From positions 1-55,931 of IMG/VR virus record IMGVR_UViG_3300016476_000183: a stretch of 55,931 nt of DNA; one strand, given 5' to 3'. This document shows, in pieces, positions 25,852 to 34,479 of this stretch (positions are counted from its first letter, which is position 1; each line of letters begins with the position of its first letter). This DNA is from a virus (taxonomy: Duplodnaviria > Caudoviricetes). The notes under the pieces were generated by a model. That model was not told where the DNA came from, did no database searches, and was given only the letters and a program-made list of their open reading frames with translations. Position numbers and translations under genes: made by a program.

Positions 25852-26904
25852 ATGAAGATCGCCGTCTACGCCATCAGCAAGAACGAAGAGATGTTCGTCG
25901 AGCGCTTCTGCAAGTCAGCGGCAGATGCCGACCTGATCCTGATTGCTGACACAGGTAGCGTAGACGAAACCGTATATCTGGCCGAGCAGCACGGTGCCGA
26001 GGTGCACCACATTGCCATCACACCATGGCGCTTTGACAAAGCCCGTGACGCAGCACTGGCCCTGATTCCTCGTGACTATGATGTCTGCATCAGTCTTGAT
26101 CTGGACGAGGTGCTTGAGCCGGGTTGGCGCGAAGAGATTGAGCGCGTCTGGAAAGAAGGTACGACACGGCTGCGTTACAAGTTCGATTGGGGCGCAGGCA
26201 TTTCTTTCTACTACGAGAAAATCCATGCTCGCCACGGCTACCACTGGCACCACCCATGCCACGAGTATCCTCGCGCAGACGCTCGCATCACAGAAGTGTA
26301 CGCCCACACAGATAAGCTACTGGTGTCACACCACCCCGACCCGACCAAGAGCCGAGGCCAGTATCTCGATCTGCTGGAGTTGTCGGTCAAGGAAGACCCT
26401 CACTGCCCACGCAACGCATTCTACTACGCTCGCGAGCTTACATTCCACGACCGCTGGCTGGACGCTGTAGTTGCTCTAAACAAGTATCTAGATAATCCAG
26501 ATGCCACGTGGCCGAACGAGCGCTGCTACGCGATGAGGCTTCTGGGTCAAGCGTACGAGCGTTTGGGTGATGTAGTGGGCGCTCAGCACTGGCTTCAGCG
26601 AGCCACAGACGAGGCACCCGGTACACGGGAGCCATGGGTAGAGTTGTCCGATCTAGCTCGCCGCACCAATCAGTGGCAGCTTTCCTATGATGCCGCATCG
26701 AAGGCTCTAGAGATCACAGACAAGGAACTGGTATACACCATGGACCCGTCTGTCTGGGGAGCGAAGCCACATGATCTGCTGGCATTGGCAGCTTACCATC
26801 TCGGTAAGCAAAACGTTGCCATCAAGCACGGAGCGATTGCCTGCGATATGGAGCCGGACGACGAACGACTCCAGAGCAACCTGAAGTTTTATGTAGAGAA
26901 GTGA
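25852..26904 (+). CDS. glycosyltransferase family 2 with TPR domain
   Basis: YAISKNEE, ADTGSVD, RFDKARDAAL, DxD in SLDLDE, HE; helical TPR C-terminus. Confidence 0.9.
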   Translation: MKIAVYAISKNEEMFVERFCKSAADADLILIADTGSVDETVYLAEQHGAEVHHIAITPWRFDKARDAALALIPRDYDVCISLDLDEVLEPGWREEIERVWKEGTTRLRYKFDWGAGISFYYEKIHARHGYHWHHPCHEYPRADARITEVYAHTDKLLVSHHPDPTKSRGQYLDLLELSVKEDPHCPRNAFYYARELTFHDRWLDAVVALNKYLDNPDATWPNERCYAMRLLGQAYERLGDVVGAQHWLQRATDEAPGTREPWVELSDLARRTNQWQLSYDAASKALEITDKELVYTMDPSVWGAKPHDLLALAAYHLGKQNVAIKHGAIACDMEPDDERLQSNLKFYVEK

Positions 26905-26916
26905 GTGGAGGTAGGT

Positions 26917-27285
26917 ATGATTGAACAACTGGTATCGCGTGTATTCTATACCCGCAACGCAGCCCACCTTCAACACTGGAAGGTTAAGGGTCCGGGTAGC
27001 TACGCACAGCATGTAGCGCTGGGTGATTTCTATGACGGACTGGTGGACAAGATCGACAGCATCGTTGAAACATATCAGGGCTACTTTGACCTGATCTCCA
27101 TGGTTCCGCCTAAGCCGGGCCCTCTTCTTCCGTCCGATATTGTTACACATCTTTCGGACGACTGCGACTGGATCATGGAAAACCGGGAAGACATCGCCAA
27201 GGATAACTCTGCCGTAGAGAATTTGGTTGACGATCTTCTCGCGCATTACATGGCAACTCTCTACAAGTTGCGCAATCTCAAGTAA
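26917..27285 (+). CDS. ferritin-like four-helix protein (DUF5856-like)
   Basis: AHLQHW..SYAQH.ALG.FYD.L...D..VETYQG...TLYKL..L. Confidence 0.75.
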   Translation: MIEQLVSRVFYTRNAAHLQHWKVKGPGSYAQHVALGDFYDGLVDKIDSIVETYQGYFDLISMVPPKPGPLLPSDIVTHLSDDCDWIMENREDIAKDNSAVENLVDDLLAHYMATLYKLRNLK

Positions 27286-27289
27286 GATG

Positions 27290-27312
27290 TTAAGGTGCGC
27301 CTAGCGCACCTT
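27290..27312. terminator. hairpin between genes
   Basis: TAAGGTGCGC-CTA-GCGCACCTTA, weak U tail. Confidence 0.45.
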
Positions 27313-27329
27313 ACATTACCGAGGACTAT

Positions 27330-28214
27330 ATGGCGGTAGCAGTCTACACGAATAACGCTACGGCGACACTCTCGTCTAGTATCACAGCGGCATCCACTAG
27401 CTTGACTGTGACATCGGGGCAGGGCGCTCTGTTTCCGTCTACTGCCAGCGGTAATTACTTCTACGTGACCCTGATCGACACGGTAGGCACCGTCGAGATT
27501 GTTAAGGTAACTGCCAAGACAACTGACACGTTCACCATTGTTCGCGCTCAGGACGGCACTACTGCCAGCGCCTTCGCCAGCGGCAGCAAGGTAGAGCTTC
27601 GCATCGTAGCCGCAGGTATGAATGAGAAGCTGGCGAAGACTGGGGATACAGCTACCGATCTTGCCATCACCAACCTGACCGTAACAAACATGAGCTTGTC
27701 AGGTAATGTAACTGCTGGCTCAGCTACGATCTCCCCCGCCGAACTGAGCTATCTCGACGGCGTAACTTCTAACCTCCAAGCACAGATCAATACCGTATCG
27801 GCAGCTTCCATCCCTGCCGGGACGAAGATGTTGTTCGCGCAGACGAATGCCCCGACTGGCTGGACCAAGGACACGACGCACGACAACAAGGCTCTGCGCG
27901 TAGTTAGCGGTGCGGCTAGCACTGGCGGTAGCGTTCCTTTCACCACCGCGTTTGCCTCGCAGGCAGTGTCTGGCACTGTCGGTAATACTACCCTCACTCT
28001 AGATCAAATCCCCTCGCACTTCCACGCTTATGGCGTTACGTTGAAAACGGTGGACGCGGGCGGTTCGGCTACTTTCTATATTCCAGACATAGGCGGGTCT
28101 AATACCAGCACCATCACCGCTGGCGGCAGTCAGGCCCATACTCACTCATTTACGGGCACTGCCATCAATCTCGCCGTGCAGTACGTTGACGTTATTATTG
28201 CGACGAAGAACTGA
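27330..28214 (+). CDS. tail fibre protein
   Basis: NNATATL N-terminus, RAQDGT, GTKMLFAQ..APTGW collar, TLTLDQIPSH.H. Confidence 0.85.
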   Translation: MAVAVYTNNATATLSSSITAASTSLTVTSGQGALFPSTASGNYFYVTLIDTVGTVEIVKVTAKTTDTFTIVRAQDGTTASAFASGSKVELRIVAAGMNEKLAKTGDTATDLAITNLTVTNMSLSGNVTAGSATISPAELSYLDGVTSNLQAQINTVSAASIPAGTKMLFAQTNAPTGWTKDTTHDNKALRVVSGAASTGGSVPFTTAFASQAVSGTVGNTTLTLDQIPSHFHAYGVTLKTVDAGGSATFYIPDIGGSNTSTITAGGSQAHTHSFTGTAINLAVQYVDVIIATKN

Positions 28215-28216
28215 CC

Positions 28217-28525
28217 ATGATCGGCAAGAAGCAAGAACCCGGCACACACTGTCCGATGCTCAACAAGACGTGCATCGAGCATAAGTGCGCGTGGTACATG
28301 CTGGTGCGGGGGGCTAACCCCAACACGGGTGAAGAGGTTGATAACTGGGGCTGTGCGGTAGCGTGGATGCCAGTGCTTACGATTGAGAATAGCCAGCAGC
28401 AGCGTCAGACAGGTGCAGCGGTTGAGAGCTTCCGTAATGAGATGGTCAAGTCAAATGAATTGAATCTTCGTATTCAAGCAATGGCCGTGAAGCAGAACTT
28501 GATTGACGGCGGCGATAATAGGTAA
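28217..28525 (+). CDS. tail-fibre-associated Cys-rich protein
   Basis: CPML...C...CAW...G.NPNTGEEVD.WGCA...AAVESFRNEMV. Confidence 0.7.
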   Translation: MIGKKQEPGTHCPMLNKTCIEHKCAWYMLVRGANPNTGEEVDNWGCAVAWMPVLTIENSQQQRQTGAAVESFRNEMVKSNELNLRIQAMAVKQNLIDGGDNR

Positions 28526-28585
28526 TTCTTGTGGGCAGAGCAGGTTTAGAATAGTACAAACATATCTAGATGCAGGGTTTGGTCG

Positions 28586-28843
28586 ATGGATTACCAAGTA
28601 CTCTTCAACATTGCGTTCGGTGCAGCGGGCTTCCTTGGGGGGTGGGCCTTGAATAACTTATCTAAATCTATCGAGCGTCTAGACAATGACGTTCGCGCTA
28701 TGCCTCACACTTACGTGTCCAAGACCGATTGGAAGGACGCGATGAAGGAAGTGAAGGATGAGATGCGATCAGGGTTTGACCGGATCGAGAACAACATCAA
28801 CGCGGTGTTCAAGAAGCTGGACCACAAAGAGGATAAGTCCTGA
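28586..28843 (+). CDS. small membrane protein with coiled coil (lysis-region)
   Basis: N-terminal hydrophobic helix then coiled coil. Confidence 0.65.
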   Translation: MDYQVLFNIAFGAAGFLGGWALNNLSKSIERLDNDVRAMPHTYVSKTDWKDAMKEVKDEMRSGFDRIENNINAVFKKLDHKEDKS

Positions 28844-29280
28844 TAGACCTATCCAACCAAGCAAAGGGGCGCATAGGCGAATACATAGCTGCCGCCGCCA
28901 TAGAGGGCTGCGGATGGAAGACTATCTTGACCCCAATGGAGTACATCGACATTGTGGCGATGTACGGGACCCGGTTCATGAGGGTTCAAGTAAAAGCGTC
29001 CAATCTTGGGCACAGGCACGACCGAAAACCGGCGTATAATTTTTTAACCAGAGACCAGCACAACAACCCACTGAGCGACCACCTCATAGATATTGTCGCT
29101 CTGGTAGCTATAGATCAACGCAAGACTGTCTTCGAGTTGCCATGCAACTTAAAGAGAAGAACTGTAAGACACCCAAAACATTTCCATGACATTGACATTG
29201 AGCGCATTACATGGGAGAATGCTGTCACCCAAATTCTAGGTGAAGCATATGGCGTTCGTTCTCGGCCAGAGGTCTCTTGA
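28840..29280 (+). CDS. PD-(D/E)XK endonuclease (homing-type), probable CTG start
   Basis: Frame extends upstream to KGRIGEYIAA; YIDIVA...RVQVKAS catalytic motif. Confidence 0.75.
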   Translation: MIDLSNQAKGRIGEYIAAAAIEGCGWKTILTPMEYIDIVAMYGTRFMRVQVKASNLGHRHDRKPAYNFLTRDQHNNPLSDHLIDIVALVAIDQRKTVFELPCNLKRRTVRHPKHFHDIDIERITWENAVTQILGEAYGVRSRPEVS

Positions 29281-29677
29281 CAGACTGAAGGGCGTACATC
29301 CCGATCTCGTAAAGGTGGTCAAGCGGGCCATTGAACTCACACCTATTGACTTTACTGTACTTGAGGGTCTTCGGACTGTTGAGCGGCAGAAGCAACTGGT
29401 AGCCAAGGGTGCATCCAAGACGATGAACTCCCGCCACATCACTGGTCACGCCGTTGACTTGGGAGCAGTTATAGACGGCGAGGTTAGGTGGGATTGGGCG
29501 CTCTACCTACAAATAGCGCAGGCAGTACAATCAGCATCATCCGAGTTAAAGATACCAATCCGGTGGGGGGGGAGTTGGAAGCTGTTATCTGACACTCCGC
29601 TCATCTCATCCAAAGTCTTAAGCCGATCATTTCCTGATGGCCCACACTTTGAGTTATGGTCTAAGGTTTACCCATGA
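29249..29677 (+). CDS. endolysin, M15 family (L-Ala-D-Glu peptidase type)
   Basis: LKGVHPDL, EGLRT..RQ, SRHITGHAVD, WGG.W, DGPHFEL. Confidence 0.92.
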   Translation: MAFVLGQRSLDRLKGVHPDLVKVVKRAIELTPIDFTVLEGLRTVERQKQLVAKGASKTMNSRHITGHAVDLGAVIDGEVRWDWALYLQIAQAVQSASSELKIPIRWGGSWKLLSDTPLISSKVLSRSFPDGPHFELWSKVYP

Positions 29678-30186
29678 CCTCTGCGCTTCCAGATTTCAGA
29701 GATGACTTTTCCTATAAGCATCATCTCATCTACAGTAAACCTGTCGCCACGAGCGATATTGCAAGCGGTACAAGCCGTCTGAACGTTACCCCTCACATGA
29801 GGCTTGGAGCTATCAATTCTATCCAGTCCTCTATTATGGTGTGTAGTACCACAGTAAACGCATGGCTGCTCAATATAACTCAGGACCTCTTCAGGGGTAA
29901 GATCGCAAGCATCTATTTTAATGTAAGCATTGCGCAAAGATATAGCCCGTCCTTTAGGACTTCTTCCGTAGCGAAGTTGTCTAGCACGAACCTTCTTTTT
30001 TTGCTCTGGGCTAAGATTACTCCAGCGATCAGTTCTGTTTTCACGCCCACGTTTCCTAGCCCGGTGACAGATACGACACTCGTAACCAATACCGAGCGGC
30101 CTAGAAGAGTCTTTTACAAACATCTCAGCATTAGCTGGAAGCGTTTGTTTGCAGCGATTACAAGTTCTGGTATATGTAGTTTTCAT
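29668..30186 (-). CDS. HNH endonuclease, antisense to the late operon
   Basis: CNRC...CRIC; CVYCG...GLDRIDS.K.H..GNV..C..CN; start reassigned to ATG 30186. Confidence 0.85.
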   Translation of the reverse strand: MKTTYTRTCNRCKQTLPANAEMFVKDSSRPLGIGYECRICHRARKRGRENRTDRWSNLSPEQKKKVRARQLRYGRSPKGRAISLRNAYIKIDACDLTPEEVLSYIEQPCVYCGTTHHNRGLDRIDSSKPHVRGNVQTACTACNIARGDRFTVDEMMLIGKVISEIWKRRGHG

Positions 30187-30257
30187 AGGACACAGTAATA
30201 CGTGTTGTAGTGGGGATTTTAGTACATACGGACCCCACAGCGCAAGGAGAGATTTCA

Positions 30258-30410
30258 ATGCTCAAAGGTTACAAGACATACGTTACAGCCGGTGTTGCCG
30301 TCATTGGCGCAGTGGCAGCCTATCTCGTCGGTGATGCCGACCTGATGCAAACGGCGAACCTCGTGTTCACCGCCCTCCTCGCTGCGTTTGTGCGCAACGG
30401 TATCAAGTAA
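30258..30410 (+). CDS. putative holin (50 aa, two hydrophobic helices)
   Basis: MLKGYKTYV...LAAFVRNGIK; AAGGAG RBS. Confidence 0.7.
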   Translation: MLKGYKTYVTAGVAVIGAVAAYLVGDADLMQTANLVFTALLAAFVRNGIK

Positions 30411-30424
30411 GTCGGAGATTAAAC

Positions 30425-30610
30425 ATGGCAACACCTTACAAGGCTACCCCGATGAAGGCCGGTAGCATCCACGGTAAGTCCGACAAGGGCGGCGAATATC
30501 AGGCCGACCGTTGGGACGGCAGCGTCGTCAAGTCCACCATTCCGTCGAAGGCTGACGCTAAGTCGTCCATGCACGACGGCCCGTACGGCGGTAAGAAGCC
30601 GCAGTCGTAA
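30425..30610 (+). CDS. small hypothetical protein ending DGPYGGKKP
   Basis: GGAG RBS, strong codon bias. Confidence 0.7.
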   Translation: MATPYKATPMKAGSIHGKSDKGGEYQADRWDGSVVKSTIPSKADAKSSMHDGPYGGKKPQS

Positions 30611-30620
30611 GGAGGTAGAG

Positions 30621-30785
30621 ATGGCTGAGAAGTACAGCTACGAAGAAATCTCGCGGGGCAAGGTGGAAACACCGGAGTCCAAGCAGTGCTCCATGGGTGA
30701 CACTCCGCTGCGCATCCCAGCCATCAAGCCTAACAGCAAGGAGTCGTTTATCGACGGCCCCTTTGGTGGCAAGAAACCGGAGTAA
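30621..30785 (+). CDS. small hypothetical protein (54 aa) ending DGPFGGKKP, not in ORF track
   Basis: AAGGAGG RBS; MAEKYSYEEISRG... Confidence 0.75.
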   Translation: MAEKYSYEEISRGKVETPESKQCSMGDTPLRIPAIKPNSKESFIDGPFGGKKPE

Positions 30786-30790
30786 ATGAT

Positions 30791-30949
30791 GTGGCGAAGA
30801 TGCCGATGATGTTCTTGGGCAAGGAGTCCAAGAAAGAAGAGAAGGCGGAAAAGATGCTGAAGTCCCGCAAGGGTGGCAAGGCAGCTTACGCCAAGGGTGA
30901 AATGGCTGAGAAGAAGAAGAAGAAAGCCATGAAGCCTAAGAAGAAGTGA
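30791..30949 (+). CDS. Lys-rich peptide (about 52 aa), not in ORF track
   Basis: MAKMPMMFLGKESKKEEKAEK...KKKKKAMKPKKK; start uncertain. Confidence 0.6.
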   Translation: MAKMPMMFLGKESKKEEKAEKMLKSRKGGKAAYAKGEMAEKKKKKAMKPKKK

Positions 30950-30957
30950 TTTTGTAG

Positions 30958-30979
30958 CCGGGGTTGTTCAAACCCCGGC
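30958..30979. terminator. GC hairpin before the tail gene
   Basis: GCCGGGGTT/AACCCCGGC stem. Confidence 0.45.
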
Positions 30980-30996
30980 ATAACTCTGGGAACGCT

Positions 30997-32841
30997 ATGC
31001 CTCAGCTTAAGATCATGGGTTTTGACGGGGTTATCCCGCGCACCAGCGCGACGATGCTCCAAGACAATCAGGCTCAGGTTGCTGAGGATGTAAAGCTGTA
31101 CTCGAAAGAGCTTCGTTACTGGCGTGGCCCTGCTGTGGATAGTTACGTTCCACCGGCAAACACGGTAACGCTGTACAAGTACTACTACAACTCTGCTGAC
31201 AACTATAAGTGGTTGACGTGGGGTACCGATGTCAACGTTGTGCGTGGGCCGATTGCCGACACCACAGATTACCGGCTGTACTACACAGGGGACGGTGCTC
31301 CCAAGAAGACTTACAACACTATAGCTACTACAGGTAGTGGCCCTTACCCAGCGTCGTGGCTATATATGGGTGTGCCTGCTCCAACAGCAGCGCCGACAGT
31401 AACTCGTGTAGGTACCGGAACCGCTGATCCCGAGTCTCGGGTGTACGTATACACATATGTATCTACATTTGGCGGGGTAACAGAAGAGAGTGCGCCATCA
31501 CCAGCAAGCAGCATTGTCACGGTATACACCGGGGATTCTGTTACGATTAATGGCTTCGCCGCCGCACCGACAACCGGTTACAACATCACACATCGCCGTA
31601 TCTACCGCTCAGTAACGGGTGCGACGACTGATAACTACCTGCTAGTGGCAGAGATTCCGATTGCCACCACGTCGTACTCGGATACGAAGACAGCAGCCCA
31701 GCTTGGCGAAGCTATCGGCACAATCGGATGGGTCCCTCCCCCATCAGACTTGGCTGGCCTACTATCCCACCCTAGTGGCGCACTCGTCGGGTTCTCCGGG
31801 AACACGGTCTACTTTTCAGAGCCGTTCTACCCTCATGCTTGGCCGCTAGGTTACGCGCTCTCCATCCCGGACAAGATCATAGGGCTGGGGATATATGGTA
31901 CATCTATCGCGGTCATGACTGATCGCTACCCGTACATCATTACAGGCTCGTATCCCGGCGCTATGTCAGCGGAGCGGGTTCCGATCCTTGAGCCATGCGT
32001 ATCCAAGCCGTCGATCTACAGCGACGAGTTCGGTGTCGTATACGCCAGCCCTAACGGTATGGTAGGGATTGGCCCGTCGATGCGCGGCGTGATTACTAGC
32101 GGCCTGTTCGCGTATAACGAGTGGAATCAATACATGCCTCACCTGATCGCAGGTGCGGTAACAAACAACCAGTACTTCGCGATCTACCCGCAGAATGTTA
32201 GCGGCATGAAGACGATGGTGATTAACCGCACCGACGTTCCGGCCCTGTCGTTCGTGGAGATGCAAGCCAGCGCGGTACACATCGACAGCAAGACCGCGCA
32301 GCTTCACTACATTGACTCGCTGGACGGACGCATCAAGCAGTGGGACGCTGACGAGCTTAACCCCTTGTCTTACACGTGGAAGAGCAAGCGGTTTGTCATG
32401 CCTATCGGCACCACGTTCTCGGCCATGAAGCTCGATGGTGACTTCGGTCAGATCGGCAACGCGACTATTTACAATCAAGTGGTCGCAGAGATTCAGGCTC
32501 GCAACACAGCTAAGTTTAGCGGCAATCTTCTGGGTACACTGAACAGCACCACACTCAACTACTCGTATAAGGATACTGCTATACCTAACGGTATTCAGTA
32601 CCACGGGATTGAGATGAACGGTAGCACACTGGAAACGGTACCCACACTTGCGTCGATCCGGTCAGTGCAAGTTACGTTCTACGGCGATGGGGTTAAGATC
32701 GACCCAGCGCTCACTGTTACGACGTTTGATCCTGTGCGCATCATGCCGTTCAAGTCTCGCACCGTTGAGGTAGAGATTACCGGAACGCTCAACATCCGGT
32801 CTATCGCACTCGGCACAACTGTAGCGGAGTTGCATCAGTGA
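30997..32841 (+). CDS. tail tubular/nozzle (stabilisation) protein
   Basis: YVYTYV..ESAPSP, RIYRS, FSEP..P.AWP, YASPNG, WKSK.F. Confidence 0.8.
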   Translation: MPQLKIMGFDGVIPRTSATMLQDNQAQVAEDVKLYSKELRYWRGPAVDSYVPPANTVTLYKYYYNSADNYKWLTWGTDVNVVRGPIADTTDYRLYYTGDGAPKKTYNTIATTGSGPYPASWLYMGVPAPTAAPTVTRVGTGTADPESRVYVYTYVSTFGGVTEESAPSPASSIVTVYTGDSVTINGFAAAPTTGYNITHRRIYRSVTGATTDNYLLVAEIPIATTSYSDTKTAAQLGEAIGTIGWVPPPSDLAGLLSHPSGALVGFSGNTVYFSEPFYPHAWPLGYALSIPDKIIGLGIYGTSIAVMTDRYPYIITGSYPGAMSAERVPILEPCVSKPSIYSDEFGVVYASPNGMVGIGPSMRGVITSGLFAYNEWNQYMPHLIAGAVTNNQYFAIYPQNVSGMKTMVINRTDVPALSFVEMQASAVHIDSKTAQLHYIDSLDGRIKQWDADELNPLSYTWKSKRFVMPIGTTFSAMKLDGDFGQIGNATIYNQVVAEIQARNTAKFSGNLLGTLNSTTLNYSYKDTAIPNGIQYHGIEMNGSTLETVPTLASIRSVQVTFYGDGVKIDPALTVTTFDPVRIMPFKSRTVEVEITGTLNIRSIALGTTVAELHQ

Positions 32842-33047
32842 TTAAGAAACCCGGCATCCCATCCATACCAGCAACAGTATCTCGGGAACTGTTCCCGGTT
32901 CTCATCTCGATGAAAGAGAACATAGAGTTGCTTACTGGTGTAAGGGGTGGTAATATAGATCAGCTAAGTGCATCTGCTACAACCGCTGAGATCGTTGCCA
33001 AGATCAACGAGATCATTGTGAGATTGAATGGTAGGTATGGTAGGTAG
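32838..33047 (+). CDS. small virion-module protein
   Basis: MKENIE.LTG.RG; GTGA overlap. Confidence 0.65.
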   Translation: MIKKPGIPSIPATVSRELFPVLISMKENIELLTGVRGGNIDQLSASATTAEIVAKINEIIVRLNGRYGR

Positions 33048-33456
33048 TCGTTACTTAGTTGAAAGCGATGCTGAAGGAGCCTTCCAGTATGTCACTCAGT
33101 TTTACGGCCTCGATTGGTCCAGAGGGCAAAAAGGGATCGTCCTTCGGCGTGACGGCGAAATCATCGCCGCTGCTCTCTATGTTGAGTTTAACGGCACCAA
33201 CATTTTCGTTCACGTGGCAGGCAGTCCGGGAAGACCGTGGCTCACACGAGAGTTCTTGTACTGGTGCTTCCACTACCCATTCGTCCAACTCGGATGCAAG
33301 CGAATGACGGCGTGGATCGAGTCCAACAATGCAGCGTCTATCCGCTTTGCGGAGAAGACCGGGTGGACTCGTGAGGCTGTACTGGAAGGTGCAGGTAAGG
33401 ATGGCGTAGACGCTTACGTCTACAGGATACTCCGTGAGGAATGTAAGTATGTCTGA
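33037..33456 (+). CDS. GNAT-fold acetyltransferase-like protein
   Basis: FHYPFVQLGC.R, N.AS.RF..K.GW..E. Confidence 0.8.
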   Translation: MVGSRYLVESDAEGAFQYVTQFYGLDWSRGQKGIVLRRDGEIIAAALYVEFNGTNIFVHVAGSPGRPWLTREFLYWCFHYPFVQLGCKRMTAWIESNNAASIRFAEKTGWTREAVLEGAGKDGVDAYVYRILREECKYV

Positions 33457-34477
33457 TCGTACAATCTGTGGTGGCGGCAAAGGAGGTGGCTCGGCATACG
33501 ACCCTCAGATCGGTCGTGCAGCAGCACAGACTGCCGAGACTGCACAGCAGGCCCTCGACTGGTCCAAGCAGTACTACGCGGATGTCATCACCCCTATGCT
33601 CAAGCAGCAGTCTGAAGCGTCCATCAAGGCGCAGACCCAGATGGGTGAAATCTACGGCACCCAAGCTGAGCAGATGAGGTTGGGCGCGGAGCGCTACAAA
33701 GAGTTCGGCATCCCGGCAGAAAATCGGTACTACAAGATGGCTCAGGAATATGCTGAGCCAGCGGAGTATGAGCGTCAGGCTGCTCTTGCCAAAGGTGATC
33801 TGGAGACGGCTCAGGCCAACGAGATGGCTCAGACCACTCGTCAGATGGGTGCGCTGGGTATCAACCCCGCCTCTCCGGGTTTTGCATCTGCAATGGCTGA
33901 TGCCTCGGTGCGTAATGCTGCTGCTCAAGCATCAGCCATGAACCGCGCACGTCAGGGTGCGAAGCAGTTGGGTATGGCCTTGACTGCGGATGCTGCTAAC
34001 TTTGCATCCGGTAAAGGTGCATCCAACATCGCGATGTTTGGTCAGGGCGCACAGGGTGCATCGGGCGGTGCGTTCGGTGTTGCCAATCAGGCTCTCGGTA
34101 CAGGTATGCAGGCTGGAGCAGGTGTGCAGCAGGGCTTCGGTCAGGCGCTGTCTGGTTACAGCAACATCATGGAAACCTATGGCGGCATGGGTAAGGCGGA
34201 CATTGCGGCTCAGGCTGCATCCAGCCCGTGGAGCGGTTTGGGTCAAATGGTTGGGATGATCGGTTCTGCCGCTATTAAGTCCGACCGCCGACTCAAGGTT
34301 CATGTTGTCAAGGTTGGTGAGCTTCCGTCAGGACTGTCGGTTTACGAGTACGAGTATATCTGGGGTGGTCCGCGCCAGTGCGGCGTTATGGCTCAGGAAG
34401 TTCAGCACATTATTCCGGAAGCGGTCATCCAAGATGCGGATGGTTATCTCTCGGTAGATTACAGTAAGGTAGCTTAA
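33449..34477 (+). CDS. internal virion/ejection protein with C-terminal S74 chaperone-like domain
   Basis: Ala/Gln/Gly-rich; SDRRLK...YEYEY...GVMAQEV...VDY. Confidence 0.75.
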   Translation: MSDRTICGGGKGGGSAYDPQIGRAAAQTAETAQQALDWSKQYYADVITPMLKQQSEASIKAQTQMGEIYGTQAEQMRLGAERYKEFGIPAENRYYKMAQEYAEPAEYERQAALAKGDLETAQANEMAQTTRQMGALGINPASPGFASAMADASVRNAAAQASAMNRARQGAKQLGMALTADAANFASGKGASNIAMFGQGAQGASGGAFGVANQALGTGMQAGAGVQQGFGQALSGYSNIMETYGGMGKADIAAQAASSPWSGLGQMVGMIGSAAIKSDRRLKVHVVKVGELPSGLSVYEYEYIWGGPRQCGVMAQEVQHIIPEAVIQDADGYLSVDYSKVA

Positions 34478-34479
34478 CC

